A DNA stretch of 64,000 nucleotides, taken from contig CAWHWX010000019.1 of assembly GCA_963833125.1 (NCBI GenBank), positions 1 to 64,000 on the forward strand. Reading direction: 5' to 3'. This document shows positions 63,504-64,000 of the stretch, one piece after another. This stretch comes from Candidatus Bathyarchaeota archaeon (GTDB lineage: Archaea; Thermoproteota; Bathyarchaeia; 40CM-2-53-6). Every line of letters starts with the position of its first letter. Position 1 is the stretch's first letter. A program made the position numbers and the translations under genes. Under the pieces are notes generated by a model, which worked only from the letters and a program-made list of their open reading frames with translations, was not told where the DNA came from and did no database searches.

Positions 63504-64000
63504 ATGAGTCGGATGAATTCCTTATCACGAAAGAGAATCATCATCTTTGACCTTGACGGTACTCTGACGAAGAGCAAGTCAGACATCGATCATGAAATGG
63601 CTTCGTTGATTTGCGAACTGCTCGGGCTAAAGTACGTTGCAATTACCTCAGGGTGTTCTTTTCAACAGTTCAAAAGCCAATTCCTGAGTGGATTGCCAAA
63701 GAAAACGAACTTACGCAACTTACTTCTGTTTCCGACCTCTTCGTCCAGCGGTTACTATTATGACAGCAAACGACGTCGTTTCTTTCAGGCCTACACCAAT
63801 CTCCTTTCCGAACGGGATGGTCAAGAAAATACTGCGAGCTTTCACAAAGGTCTTCGAGGAAATCGGCTATTCACAACCGGTAAAGACGTACGGACCAGTT
63901 TTCGAGAACAGGGGAAGCCAAGTTACTTTTTCCGCCTTGGGTCAGAAGGCTCCTTTGCGGCTGAAACGCAAATGGGATCCAAATCAACAGAAGCGGCTGC
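63504..64000 (+). CDS. HAD-IIB phosphomannomutase-like protein (partial, runs off the window)
   Basis: IFDLDGTLTKSK, ITSG, ENRGSQVTFSALGQ.AP. Confidence 0.8.
   Translation, partial: MSRMNSLSRKRIIIFDLDGTLTKSKSDIDHEMASLICELLGLKYVAITSGCSFQQFKSQFLSGLPKKTNLRNLLLFPTSSSSGYYYDSKRRRFFQAYTNLLSERDGQENTASFHKGLRGNRLFTTGKDVRTSFREQGKPSYFFRLGSEGSFAAETQMGSKSTEAA

Overview
64-kb segment of an archaeal chromosome. It carries EF-1alpha, aRF1, archaeal DnaG, rpS7/S10/S11, SRP RNA and BHB introns; the gene repertoire suggests a TACK lineage, probably Bathyarchaeia-like (inference). Many genes, including essential ones (tuf, dnaG), are split by 1-nt indels, most simply explained as long-read consensus errors. The backbone encodes translation genes, a trpS-pheS-pheT-tyrS cluster, bacterial-type GAPDH and PfkA, and catabolic genes. 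Best observations: (1) the 5S rRNA gene has a 39-nt insertion in loop C framed by a bulge-helix-bulge (BHB) motif; excising it restores the canonical sequence exactly, so this is a candidate spliced 5S rRNA intron. (2) tRNA-Leu(CAA) has two BHB introns. (3) An ~8.5-kb island separates rps7 from tuf and contains three divergent DDE-transposase 3' tails, each followed by different cargo genes, plus GGTAAC-type ends also found on a 186-bp MITE with an 8-bp target-site duplication (TSD). (4) A strongly base-paired RNA lies directly upstream of tyrS. (5) An in-frame mini-PolB lacks its catalytic core. All calls come from reading the sequence by eye; no database searches were run.
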